A DNA stretch of 34,312 bases from Betaproteobacteria bacterium (lineage in GTDB: Bacteria > Pseudomonadota > Gammaproteobacteria > Burkholderiales > SG8-41). The stretch covers positions 1 through 34,312 of the forward strand of contig JAYWDM010000244.1 of the NCBI GenBank assembly GCA_043779885.1. The letters run 5' to 3'. The notes under the pieces were generated by a model. The model searched no databases and had not been told where the DNA came from. It saw only the letters and a program-made list of their open reading frames with translations. Made by a program: the position numbers and the translations under genes. Shown piece by piece: positions 19,119-28,160 of the stretch (position 1 is the stretch's first letter; the number at the start of each line of letters is the position of its first letter).

Positions 19119-19160
19119 TTGACCGTGGTCAAGGTGACTGGCCGGCCGACTGCCTATATT
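19119..19160 (+). promoter_or_regulatory. Crp/Fnr-type box TTGACCGTGGTCAA plus -10 TATATT upstream of oxc (and 79 nt upstream of the divergent regulator gene)
   Basis: Palindrome at 19119-19132, 22 nt spacer, TATATT at 19155-19160. Predicted TSS near 19167. Confidence 0.6.
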
Positions 19161-19226
19161 TGAACGCCCTAAGAAAACCGCGGATTTCCGGATTCAAAGT
19201 ACGCGTCATCCCTGAAGGAGGTTGCA

Positions 19227-20987
19227 ATGGATACGGTAAGCGAAAATAAAGGCGCCGCGACTGCCACCAAAGAAGTGACCGACGGCTTTCATCTGGTCAT
19301 CGATGCCCTCAAACTCAATGGGATCGACACGATCTTCGGTCTGCCCGGTATCCCGATCACCGACCTCACCCGCAAGGCACAGGCCGCAGGCCTGCGCGTG
19401 ATTTCGTTCCGCCATGAGCAGAACGCCGGCAACGCCGCCGCAATCGCCGGCTTCATGACGCAAAAGCCCGGCATCTGCCTGACGGTGTCCGCCCCCGGCT
19501 TCCTGAACGGTCTGACCGCACTGACCAACGCGACCACCAACTGCTTCCCGATGATCCTCATCAGCGGCTCCAGCGAGCGCGAGATCGTCGACCTCCAGCA
19601 AGGTGACTACGAGGAAATGGATCAGTTGGCCATCGCCAAGCCGCTGTGCAAGGCCGCTTTTCGCGTGCTGCACGCCGGGGATATCGGCGTGGGCGTCGCG
19701 CGCGCCATTCGCGCCGCCGTCTCCGGCCGCCCGGGCGGCGTCTACCTCGACCTGCCGGCCAAGCTCTTTGCGCAGACGATGGACGCGGAAGCCGGCAGCA
19801 AATCGCTGATCAAGGTGGTCGATCCGGCGCCGCGCCAGATCCCGGCCCAGGACGCCGTGCAGCGCGCGCTTGACTTGCTCAAGAGCGCCAAGCGTCCGCT
19901 CATCGTGCTGGGCAAGGGCGCCGCCTACGCGCAGGCCGACGCGGACATCCGCGCCCTGATCGAAACGACCGGCATCCCCTACCTGCCGATGTCCATGGCC
20001 AAGGGTCTGTTGCCAGATACGCACGAACAGTCTGCTGCTGCCGCCCGCTCCTACGTGCTGCCCGGGGCCGATGTGGTGATGCTGGTCGGCGCCCGCCTGA
20101 ACTGGCTGCTTGCGCATGGCAAAGGCAAGACCTGGGGCGGCGCGGACCACAAGGCGTGGGGCGGCCAGAAGTTCATTCAGATCGACATCTCGCCACAGGA
20201 AATGGACAGCAACGTCCGTATCGACGCACCGCTGGTTGGCGACATCGGTTCCTGCGTGTCAGCGCTGCTCGCTGCGATTGGCTCCACCGCGGGCTCCGGT
20301 TGGGCCAGGCCGCCGGCCGAGTGGACAGGTGCAATCGCCGAGCGCAAGAACAAGAACCTTGCCAAGATGGCCGAGACCCTGGCCCGCGATCCGACGCCGA
20401 TGAATTTTCACAGCGCGCTGAACGTCGTGCGCGACATCATCAAGGCCAACCCGGACGCCATCCTGGTCAACGAAGGCGCCAACGCGCTGGACTTTACGCG
20501 CAGCATCGTCGACATGTACAAGCCGCGCAAGCGTCTGGACGTCGGCACGTGGGGCATCATGGGGATCGGCATGGGCTTTGCCGTCGCGGCCGCCGTGGTC
20601 AGCGGCCAGCCGGTAATCGCGATCGAGGGCGACAGCGCCTTCGGCTTCTCCGGCATGGAAGTCGAGACCATCTGCCGCTACAACCTGCCGGTCTGCGTGG
20701 TGGTTTTCAACAACAACGGCGTCTACCGCGGTACCGACGTCAATCCGACCGGCGGCCCCGATGTCGCGCCCACCGTGTTCGTCAAGGGTGCGCGCTATGA
20801 CAAGCTGATGGAGGCCTTCGGCGGCGCGGGGGTGCATGCGACGACGCCGGCCGGGTTGCGCAAGGCGATGGAAGAAGCCATCCGTTCGAAGAAGCCCACG
20901 CTCATCAATGCCGTCATCGATGAGACCGCCGGCACCGAAAGCGGCCGCATCACGAGCCTGAATCCGCAAAGCGCGAAAAAGACATAG
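19227..20987 (+). CDS. oxc: Oxalyl-CoA decarboxylase (ThDP-dependent)
   Basis: 586 aa, [48 protein letters not shown] and [21 protein letters not shown] are nearly identical to the Oxalobacter Oxc segments I recall. Confidence 0.95.
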   Translation: MDTVSENKGAATATKEVTDGFHLVIDALKLNGIDTIFGLPGIPITDLTRKAQAAGLRVISFRHEQNAGNAAAIAGFMTQKPGICLTVSAPGFLNGLTALTNATTNCFPMILISGSSEREIVDLQQGDYEEMDQLAIAKPLCKAAFRVLHAGDIGVGVARAIRAAVSGRPGGVYLDLPAKLFAQTMDAEAGSKSLIKVVDPAPRQIPAQDAVQRALDLLKSAKRPLIVLGKGAAYAQADADIRALIETTGIPYLPMSMAKGLLPDTHEQSAAAARSYVLPGADVVMLVGARLNWLLAHGKGKTWGGADHKAWGGQKFIQIDISPQEMDSNVRIDAPLVGDIGSCVSALLAAIGSTAGSGWARPPAEWTGAIAERKNKNLAKMAETLARDPTPMNFHSALNVVRDIIKANPDAILVNEGANALDFTRSIVDMYKPRKRLDVGTWGIMGIGMGFAVAAAVVSGQPVIAIEGDSAFGFSGMEVETICRYNLPVCVVVFNNNGVYRGTDVNPTGGPDVAPTVFVKGARYDKLMEAFGGAGVHATTPAGLRKAMEEAIRSKKPTLINAVIDETAGTESGRITSLNPQSAKKT

Positions 20988-21090
20988 CGCCTGGAGCGGA
21001 CGCGACAAGCGCGCCGCTCAAGCGGCCGCGAACACGAGCGGACCAGCGTCGCTCATCTCGCGGCGAAAAACGATAACGAGTGAGGATCCA

Positions 21091-22362
21091 ATGGAAGCAT
21101 TGAAGGGTGTTCGAATACTGGATATGACGCACGTGCAGGCGGGGCCGACCTGCTCGCAACTGCTCGCGTGGATGGGCGCGGACGTGATCAAGTTCGAGCC
21201 GCCGCAGGGCGATGCAACGCGCGGCCAGTTGCGCGATGTGCCGAATGCCGACAGCCTTTATTTCACGATGCTGAACTGCAACAAGCGCTCGATTACAGTC
21301 AACATGAAGTCGCCGGAAGGCAAGGTGGTATTCGTGGAATTGCTGAAGAAATGCGACATCATCATGGAAAATTTCGGTCCGGGCGTGCTCGACCGGTTCG
21401 GCTTTACCTGGGAAAAAATTCATGCGATCAATCCGCGCATTGTGATGGGTTCCATCAAGGGATTCGGTTCGTCCGGACCCTACGCCGATTTCAAGGCATA
21501 CGAAAACGTGGCGCAGGCGATGGGCGGCGCGATGAGTACGACCGGCGTTCCCGACGGGCCGCCATTTGTCACCGGCGCGCAGATCGGCGACACGGGCACC
21601 GGGCTGCACCTCGCGATTGGACTGCTCGCGGCGCTGCGTCAGGCGAGCATCACCGGGCAGGGGCAGTATGTCGAAGTGGCAATGATGGACGGCGTGATGA
21701 ACCTGTGCCGGGTCAAGTTTCGCGACCATCAGCGTCTGACCCGCGGCGAGCTTACAGAGTATTCCGTGCCCACGTATAAAGGCATGGGTGAAGTCCCGCG
21801 CGCGGGCAACGACTCCGGCGGCGGGCAACTCGGCAATGCCATCCACTGCAAGCCGCACGGCGCGAACGACTGGCTCTATGTGGTGGTGCAGGAAGCGGTG
21901 TGGGGCGCGCTGGCGAAACGCATTGGACCGGATATCGGCATGCCCGACCTTGCCACCGATGCGCATTTTCAGGCCATCGGGGGGCGGCGCAAGAACCAGC
22001 AACTCATGTGGACGCTGATCAACAAGTTCGCCGAGAAATACACCAAGCGCGAATTCATGGCGATTCTGAACCCGCTCGATGTGCCCTGCGGTCCGATCAT
22101 GTCGACGGAGGACCTCGCCAACGACGAGCATATTCGCGGCCGCGACATGTGGGTCGAACTCGACCATCCGCAGCGCGGCAAATGGTACAACGTCGGCATG
22201 CCGATCAAACTGTCCGCGTCACCGGCGAAAATCGAGCGTTCACCCACCCTCGGCGAGCATACTGACGAAGTCCTGAAAGAGGTGCTCGGCTGGAGCGATG
22301 CCGAGATCGGCGCCAGGAGGCAGGCGGGCGCGTTTTCCGCGCCGCCGAAAAAGTCGGCATGA
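21091..22362 (+). CDS. frc: Formyl-CoA:oxalate CoA-transferase (class III CoA-transferase)
   Basis: 423 aa. THVQAGPTCSQLL, DSLYFTMLNCNKRSI, ENFGPGVLDRFGFTWE, YENVAQAMGGAMSTTG, PTLGEHTDEVLKE. Confidence 0.95.
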   Translation: MEALKGVRILDMTHVQAGPTCSQLLAWMGADVIKFEPPQGDATRGQLRDVPNADSLYFTMLNCNKRSITVNMKSPEGKVVFVELLKKCDIIMENFGPGVLDRFGFTWEKIHAINPRIVMGSIKGFGSSGPYADFKAYENVAQAMGGAMSTTGVPDGPPFVTGAQIGDTGTGLHLAIGLLAALRQASITGQGQYVEVAMMDGVMNLCRVKFRDHQRLTRGELTEYSVPTYKGMGEVPRAGNDSGGGQLGNAIHCKPHGANDWLYVVVQEAVWGALAKRIGPDIGMPDLATDAHFQAIGGRRKNQQLMWTLINKFAEKYTKREFMAILNPLDVPCGPIMSTEDLANDEHIRGRDMWVELDHPQRGKWYNVGMPIKLSASPAKIERSPTLGEHTDEVLKEVLGWSDAEIGARRQAGAFSAPPKKSA

Positions 22363-22408
22363 TCGCAGCAAACAGCAAACGCAAGAGTATTTTGTGATTG
22401 GCACAACG

Positions 22409-22441
22409 ATGAAAATCGCAATTATCGGGCAGCAGGATTTT
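22409..22441 (+). repeat. Direct repeat copy 1: duplicate of the first 11 codons of the downstream formyltransferase gene
   Basis: ATGAAAATCGCAATTATCGGGCAGCAGGATTTT is identical to 22510-22542. It opens a 25-codon mini-ORF (22409-22486, MKIAIIGQQDFSYDITFADANVSLH). Confidence 0.9.
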
Positions 22442-22509
22442 AGTTACGACATAACATTCGCTGACGCGAATGTGAGTCTCCACTGAAATCCCGCCGGGGA
22501 GCAACGAAG

Positions 22510-22542
22510 ATGAAAATCGCAATTATCGGGCAGCAGGATTTT
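22510..22542 (+). repeat. Direct repeat copy 2 (authentic 5' end of the formyltransferase gene)
   Basis: 33/33 identity with 22409-22441. Confidence 0.9.
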
Positions 22543-23442
22543 GGGAAAGCAGTGCTGGATGCATTTCTCGCGCGCGGCGACAGCGTGGCCGCGGTGTTTT
22601 GCGCGCCGGAGAAGGCAGGCGCGCGGCCGGACGTATTGCGTGTCGCGGCGCAGGAGAACGGGATCAAGGTCTTCCAGTTCAAATCATTGCGCGCGCCTGA
22701 AGCGACGCAGGCGATGCGGGACGCCGACGCCGACATCGGGATAATGGCTTTCGTGCTCCAGTTTGCGCCACAGGAATTCGTGAATATTCCGCGGCATGGC
22801 ACGATTCAATATCACCCTTCGCTGCTGCCGAAGTTTCGCGGGCCCAGTTCGATCAATTGGCCGATTATCAAGGGCGAAACCACAACGGGATTGACCATAT
22901 TTCGTCCGACCGATGGACTCGATGAGGGCGCGATTGTCCTGCAGAAAGAAACGCCGATAAGCCCCGACGACACCTTGGGTACCGTCTATTTTGACCGGTT
23001 GTTCCCACTCGGTGTAAGTTCGATGCTGGAGGCGGCTGATTTGGTGGCGGCGGGCAAACATAAGGAAGTAGTGCAGGATGAGTCGCGGGCGAGCTATGAA
23101 GGCTGGTGCCGCGGCGCAGAGGCAAAAATAGACTGGGCGAAGCCCATCGATCATGTGTATAACCTGATTCGCGGTTGCAATCCTGCGCCGGCAGCCTGGA
23201 CAACGCACGGCGGAAAAAAACTTCAGATATTTGATGCGCGCAAGATAGTTTTCCGGCGTTTTGCCGAGGTCACGGGCAAAATCGGTGAAGTTACCGATGT
23301 CACGCCGCAAAGTTTCAAGGTGACTGCGCAAGGGGGCATGATCGAGGTCCTCAAAGCACGTTTCGAGGATGGCAAGAAACTGGCGGGCGGTGAAGTGGCA
23401 AAAACCGGGGGGCTGCAGGCCGGCAGCATGCTTGGCGGCTGA
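22510..23442 (+). CDS. Formyltransferase-family protein resembling the N-terminal hydrolase domain of 10-formyl-THF dehydrogenase
   Basis: 310 aa. MKIAIIGQQDFGKAV, HGTIQYHPSLLPKFRGPSSINW (catalytic His motif), TDGLDEGAIV (catalytic Asp), and a Formyl_trans_C-like tail (ASYEGW...IDW...NLIRGCNPAPAAWT). GGGGAG RBS. Confidence 0.85.
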   Translation: MKIAIIGQQDFGKAVLDAFLARGDSVAAVFCAPEKAGARPDVLRVAAQENGIKVFQFKSLRAPEATQAMRDADADIGIMAFVLQFAPQEFVNIPRHGTIQYHPSLLPKFRGPSSINWPIIKGETTTGLTIFRPTDGLDEGAIVLQKETPISPDDTLGTVYFDRLFPLGVSSMLEAADLVAAGKHKEVVQDESRASYEGWCRGAEAKIDWAKPIDHVYNLIRGCNPAPAAWTTHGGKKLQIFDARKIVFRRFAEVTGKIGEVTDVTPQSFKVTAQGGMIEVLKARFEDGKKLAGGEVAKTGGLQAGSMLGG

Positions 23443-23470
23443 AGTTTTCCGGCTTCCGGCGTCAGAAAAA

Positions 23471-23492
23471 GCCACCCTCAGGGTGGCTTTTT
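23471..23492 (+). terminator. Rho-independent terminator ending the oxc-frc-formyltransferase unit
   Basis: GCCACCC-TCA-GGGTGGC followed by TTTTT, with AAAAA on the 5' side (could work in both directions). Confidence 0.85.
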
Positions 23493-23761
23493 AGCGTTAT
23501 TTGTGCGCTGCCACACCCACTTTCACCGGCGCTTATCGTCAACTTGGCTACAATTTCCAAATCGCGCCGTACATGCGCCGCTTGCATAACTGTGGTTAAG
23601 GCAAGCAAAATGCAATTTGGCGCGTGGGCGCACCACGGGGATTCGATACGGTTTCTGGCGCACTTATGAAAAAAATCATATACTTGTTGGCAAATACCGT
23701 AAAATAATTGAGTCTTCAGCGTTAACCCATTAGAAAAAAAATATAAAAAATAGGTGTTGGG

Positions 23762-26347
23762 ATGAAAAATTTGACTTTTTGGAAGTCGGATTGGTTTCTC
23801 GGGGTCGTCATTGTCCTCGTGATCGCGCTATTCAACCGATTAAACGACCTCATACCCAGTCTGGAGCGCAAAGCGTACGACCTGGGCGTCATCGCCACTG
23901 CGCGTACGCCGTCCGACAAAATCGCGATCATTGCGATTGATGCCGATAGCCTCGACAAGATCGGCCGCTGGCCGTGGTCCCGCGAAGTGCTTGCCAAAAT
24001 GACCGATATGCTTGCCGCCACCAAGGCCAAGGCTATCGCGTATACCGTCCTGTTTTCCGAACCCCAGATTGACCCGGGCTACGTCTACATTGCCAAACTG
24101 CTCGAACTGGCGTCGAAAAATGGTGCGCCCGCCGACGATCCTAACGCGCAAAGCGGCGCCCCTGTTACCGGCCCAATGGGACCATTTGTCACGGTGCTCA
24201 AGGAGGCCGAGGAAACGCTGAACGTAGACCGCAAGCTTGCCGGCAGCTTTGCTCGCGCTGGCAACGTGGTGCCGATCATGCTGTTCGAACTCGGCGAGCC
24301 CCGGGGCAATCCGGATAAGCCGCTACCCGACTACGTTGCCGCGAACGCGCTGCCGAAGGCCGCCAAAGGCGCGGAGGAAAATGTGCTGCTTACGCGAAGG
24401 GTGGATTACCCGATCGAGATCATTGGAAAATCGGCCGCCGCCCTCGGCCATCTCAATGCGACGCCGGACGTGGACGGCGGCACTCGCACCGAACCCCTGG
24501 TGCTCATGTACTTCGACAAGATATTTCCATCGCTGTCCATGATGATCGCGGCCAAGGCATTGAATTTGGGCTTGAACGACATCAAGATCCAACCCGGCGA
24601 AAAGGTGACGCTCGGCAGGTTGAACATCACCACGGATTCGCTGACCCGGATGTACACCTATTTCTACAAGGACCGCGAGGGACGTCCGGCATTTACCATC
24701 GATTCCTTTTACGACGTGATAAACGGCAAGATTCCGGTCAGCAAGTACCAGGACAAGATTGTGCTGATTGGTCCCACGGCCGCGGGTCTCGGCAGCGCAA
24801 CCGTCACCCCGGTGTCGTCGGCGATGCCGCCAGTGCTTGTGCTCGCGCACTCGGTTTCGTCGATACTTTCCGAGCACTTCTTCGTGACACCCGCGTGGGG
24901 CTACTGGGTAGAACTGCTCGTTCTCGTGTTGATTGCCGCCTACCTTATTGCGCTGTTGCCACGCCTCAAAGCGACGCAGGCGCTCGTGATATCGAGCGGC
25001 ATGTTCGTGCTTTTGCTGGTCGCGCATTTCTTGCTGATGACGACGAGCGCGATCTGGATACAGCTCATGTTACCGGCCACTTTGCTGCTCGTCGGGCATC
25101 TGGCCCTCGTGTCCAAGCATTTTATCGTTACCGAAAGCGGCAAGGCGCGCTCGGATGTCGACCTGGCGCAAAGTCACCGCATGCTCGGTCTCGGCTACCA
25201 GGGCCAGGGGCAACTCGACACGGCATTCGACTATTTTCGCAAGCTGCCGCCTGATGACTCAGTGCTCGATCTGATTTACAACCTTGCGCTCGACTACGAA
25301 CGTAAGCGGCAGTTCAATAAGGCGGAAAACGCGTTCCGCTACATTTCCGAGAACAATCCGAAGTTCAAGGATATCGCGGATCGGGTGGGTCGCGCGAAGG
25401 CCATGTCCGAGACGGTCATACTCGGCGGTGGCGGCGGCCATCCCGGCGGGACGGTGATACTGCCCGGCGGCGGCGTCGAGAAACCCATGCTGGGTCGCTA
25501 CCAGGTCGAAAAAGAACTCGGCAAAGGCGCGATGGGCGTTGTGTACCTGGGCAAGGACCCGAAAATCGGCCGCGTGGTCGCGATCAAAACGATGGCGTTG
25601 TCGCAGGAATTCGATGCGGACGAGCTACAGGACGTGAAGGACCGTTTCTTCCGCGAAGCGGAGACCGCGGGCCGCCTGAATCACCCGTATATCGTGACGA
25701 TTTTCGACGCCGGCGAGGAACACGATCTCGCCTACATTGCAATGGAGTTTCTGAAGGGCAAGGACCTGACGCCTTTCATCAAGCCCGAAACCCTGCTGCC
25801 GCTGCCGAAGGTCCTGAGCATCATCGCGCGCGTGGCCGAAGCGTTGTCTTATGCCCACACCAATAGCGTCGTGCACCGGGATATCAAGCCTGCCAACATC
25901 ATGTATGAACTTGAAAGCGATACCGTCAAGGTCACGGACTTCGGCATCGCCCGCATCACCGACTCCTCCAAGACCAAGACCGGCATGGTGCTCGGCACAC
26001 CGAGCTACATGTCGCCCGAACAGCTTGCGGGCAAAAAAATTCAGGGCAGTTCGGACTTGTTCTCACTGGGCGTGACGCTTTACCAGATGGCTTGCGGCCA
26101 TTTGCCGTTTCAGGGCGATTCGATGGCGCAGCTCATGTTCAAGATCGCCAATGAGCCGCATGCAGATATCCTGACCTATAACCCGACACTCTCGCCGAGC
26201 GTGGTTGACATCGTCAATAAGTCGCTCGCCAAACAGCCGGAGGAGCGCTACCAGACCGGGGCCGAGATGGCGGAAGCGATCAAGGCATGCCTGGCGAGCG
26301 GTGGGGACGCCGCGGTCAAATCGGACGTTGTTGACATCGGGATATAG
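23762..26347 (+). CDS. Membrane Ser/Thr protein kinase with an N-terminal CHASE2 sensor, TPR-like linker and C-terminal Hanks-type kinase domain
   Basis: 861 aa. CHASE2 hallmarks (IAIIAIDADSLDKIGRWPWSR, AYTVLFSEP), then 3 TM segments and TPR-like LGLGYQGQGQLDTAFDYF...NLALDYERKRQFNKAENAF. Kinase motifs GKGAMGVVY, VAIK, HRDIKPAN, DFGIA, GTPSYMSPE. Confidence 0.9.
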   Translation: MKNLTFWKSDWFLGVVIVLVIALFNRLNDLIPSLERKAYDLGVIATARTPSDKIAIIAIDADSLDKIGRWPWSREVLAKMTDMLAATKAKAIAYTVLFSEPQIDPGYVYIAKLLELASKNGAPADDPNAQSGAPVTGPMGPFVTVLKEAEETLNVDRKLAGSFARAGNVVPIMLFELGEPRGNPDKPLPDYVAANALPKAAKGAEENVLLTRRVDYPIEIIGKSAAALGHLNATPDVDGGTRTEPLVLMYFDKIFPSLSMMIAAKALNLGLNDIKIQPGEKVTLGRLNITTDSLTRMYTYFYKDREGRPAFTIDSFYDVINGKIPVSKYQDKIVLIGPTAAGLGSATVTPVSSAMPPVLVLAHSVSSILSEHFFVTPAWGYWVELLVLVLIAAYLIALLPRLKATQALVISSGMFVLLLVAHFLLMTTSAIWIQLMLPATLLLVGHLALVSKHFIVTESGKARSDVDLAQSHRMLGLGYQGQGQLDTAFDYFRKLPPDDSVLDLIYNLALDYERKRQFNKAENAFRYISENNPKFKDIADRVGRAKAMSETVILGGGGGHPGGTVILPGGGVEKPMLGRYQVEKELGKGAMGVVYLGKDPKIGRVVAIKTMALSQEFDADELQDVKDRFFREAETAGRLNHPYIVTIFDAGEEHDLAYIAMEFLKGKDLTPFIKPETLLPLPKVLSIIARVAEALSYAHTNSVVHRDIKPANIMYELESDTVKVTDFGIARITDSSKTKTGMVLGTPSYMSPEQLAGKKIQGSSDLFSLGVTLYQMACGHLPFQGDSMAQLMFKIANEPHADILTYNPTLSPSVVDIVNKSLAKQPEERYQTGAEMAEAIKACLASGGDAAVKSDVVDIGI

Positions 26348-26352
26348 CCGCT

Positions 26353-27180
26353 ATGACCGTCAATCTCGGCACTGCCATTGAAATCGCGACCGCCACCGAC
26401 TCCGGGATGGTGCGCTCGCATAACGAAGACAGTATCGCCACCGACGCGGATATCGGTCTGGCGGTGCTCGCCGACGGCATGGGCGGATACAACGCAGGCG
26501 AGGTCGCGAGCGGCATCGCGGTCGCAATGCTCATGAGCGAAATGAAACAGGTGCTCGAGAAAAACAATCCATACGATGTCGACAGTTCCGGGGAAACGCT
26601 CGCGGAAAAGCTGGTGCGGGAGAACTCGGCCAAGGCAAACGGCGCGATTTATCAGACCGCGACGAGCCAGCCGCAGTATTCCGGAATGGGCACCACGCTC
26701 GTTATTGCGTTGTTTTACGATAATCGCATGACGGTCGGGCACATCGGCGACTCGCGGCTTTATCGCCTGCGCGGCGACACGTTTGAGCAGATCACCCGCG
26801 ACCACTCGCTGTTGCAGGAGCAAATTGACAGCGGCATGATTTCCAAGGAGCAGGCGCGCTTCTCGCAGAACAAGAATCTGGTGACGCGCGCTGTCGGCAT
26901 CGACCCGGAAGTGGAAACCGAGATTCACACTTATGCGGTCGCGCCGGGCGACATCTACCTGCTGTGTTCGGATGGATTGAGCGACATGGTGGTTGACGAC
27001 GAGATCCAGTCTACGTTGAGCACCCTGCAATCGAATTTGCAGCTGGCGGCCACGCAACTCGTCCAACTCGCCAATGACAGCGGCGGACGCGACAATATTT
27101 CAGTAATCCTGGTGCGAATCGTAAAGGATTTCGGGGCGCCCACCGGATGGTTTGCCAAATTCAAGGCTTGGTTTAGATAA
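26353..27180 (+). CDS. PP2C-family Ser/Thr protein phosphatase
   Basis: 275 aa, starting 5 nt after the kinase stop. RSHNEDS, LADGMGGYNAGEVAS, GTTLV, LCSDGLSDMV, GGRDNISVILV. Confidence 0.9.
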   Translation: MTVNLGTAIEIATATDSGMVRSHNEDSIATDADIGLAVLADGMGGYNAGEVASGIAVAMLMSEMKQVLEKNNPYDVDSSGETLAEKLVRENSAKANGAIYQTATSQPQYSGMGTTLVIALFYDNRMTVGHIGDSRLYRLRGDTFEQITRDHSLLQEQIDSGMISKEQARFSQNKNLVTRAVGIDPEVETEIHTYAVAPGDIYLLCSDGLSDMVVDDEIQSTLSTLQSNLQLAATQLVQLANDSGGRDNISVILVRIVKDFGAPTGWFAKFKAWFR

Positions 27181-27201
27181 TAAGGTTACAGGGATACTGC
27201 C

Positions 27202-28005
27202 ATGGCGAAGTTGATCATGAGTCTGGACAATGCGGTGATTCGGGAGGTATCGCTTGATAAAGAGCGGTTTACCATCGGCCGCAAGGCGCACAACGACATT
27301 CAGATCGACAATCTGGCGGTTAGCGGTGAGCATGCGTTGATAGTGACCATACTCAAAGATTCCTTTCTTGAGGACCTGGGCAGCACGAACGGCACTTTGG
27401 TCAACGGCAACCCGGTCAAGAAACACATTCTGCAGAACGGCGACGTTATTGAGATCGGCAAGTACAAGCTGAAGTACGTGACGGAAGCGCAGACCGGGCA
27501 AACCTCGGTTGCAGATTTCGAAAAAACCATGGTGCTGCGTGCACCCATCGGCAAGCCGGCTCCGTCAGGCCAGGTAGCGGGCAGCCTGGGTGATACCCAG
27601 ATCAACCCGGCTACCTCACCAAGCGCAGCGCCCCCTCACGCGGCGCCCGCAAATCCGGCGCCCCCCAACCCGGCCGCCACGCAAAGCCAGCCGGCGGTGC
27701 AGGCTGCTGCGACGCCGCCACCGGTCAAGCCGCCAGAAAAAATCGCGTCGATCCAGATCCTGACGGGAGGTGCGGCAGGCAAGGAACTCGAGCTGACCAA
27801 GAACCTGACGACGCTTGGCAAGCCGGGGGTGCAGGTGGCCGTGATCACGCGCCGGCCGCATGGCTATTTTATTACGCATGTCGAAGGCGCCAATTTTCCC
27901 GTGATCAACGGCAAGACGCTTGATGCGCAAGCGCACCAACTCAACGACCATGATGTGATCGAACTGGCAGGCGTAAAAATGGAGTTCTTTTTCAAGGCCG
28001 GCTAG
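27202..28005 (+). CDS. FHA-domain protein (canonical N-terminal FHA, Pro/Ala-rich linker, FHA-like C-terminal domain)
   Basis: 267 aa. N-terminal FTIGRKAHNDIQIDNLAVSGEHALI...GSTNGTLVNGNPV. Linker PSAAPPHAAPANPAPPNPAATQSQPAVQAAATPPPVKPP. C-terminal TTLGKPGVQVAVI...FITHVEGANFPVINGKTL...DVIELAGVKMEFF. Confidence 0.85.
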   Translation: MAKLIMSLDNAVIREVSLDKERFTIGRKAHNDIQIDNLAVSGEHALIVTILKDSFLEDLGSTNGTLVNGNPVKKHILQNGDVIEIGKYKLKYVTEAQTGQTSVADFEKTMVLRAPIGKPAPSGQVAGSLGDTQINPATSPSAAPPHAAPANPAPPNPAATQSQPAVQAAATPPPVKPPEKIASIQILTGGAAGKELELTKNLTTLGKPGVQVAVITRRPHGYFITHVEGANFPVINGKTLDAQAHQLNDHDVIELAGVKMEFFFKAG

Positions 28006-28160
28006 GCCGCAATGCCCGGACGGACGCAGCCAGCCGGCCATCGACCGTGTCACGCGACGTTCTGGACTTGAAAGGGCGGCGCGGAAAGCACGCAGTGGAG
28101 ATGGCAAGGCGGGCGGGCGGGGGCAGCGGATCGCGGGACGGGTGACGATAACGCTGAGTT

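Noticed and set aside
23666-23707. 13-codon ORF MKKIIYLLANTVK in the gap upstream of the kinase
   Set aside because: It is too short, has no RBS and has nothing to support it. It probably occurs by chance in AT-rich DNA.
28108-28123. G-tract GGCGGGCGGGCGGGGG upstream of the sigma-54 promoter as a G-quadruplex or activator site
   Set aside because: It has only three runs of three or more G, and such tracts are common in GC-rich DNA. There is no dyad symmetry to suggest a bEBP site.
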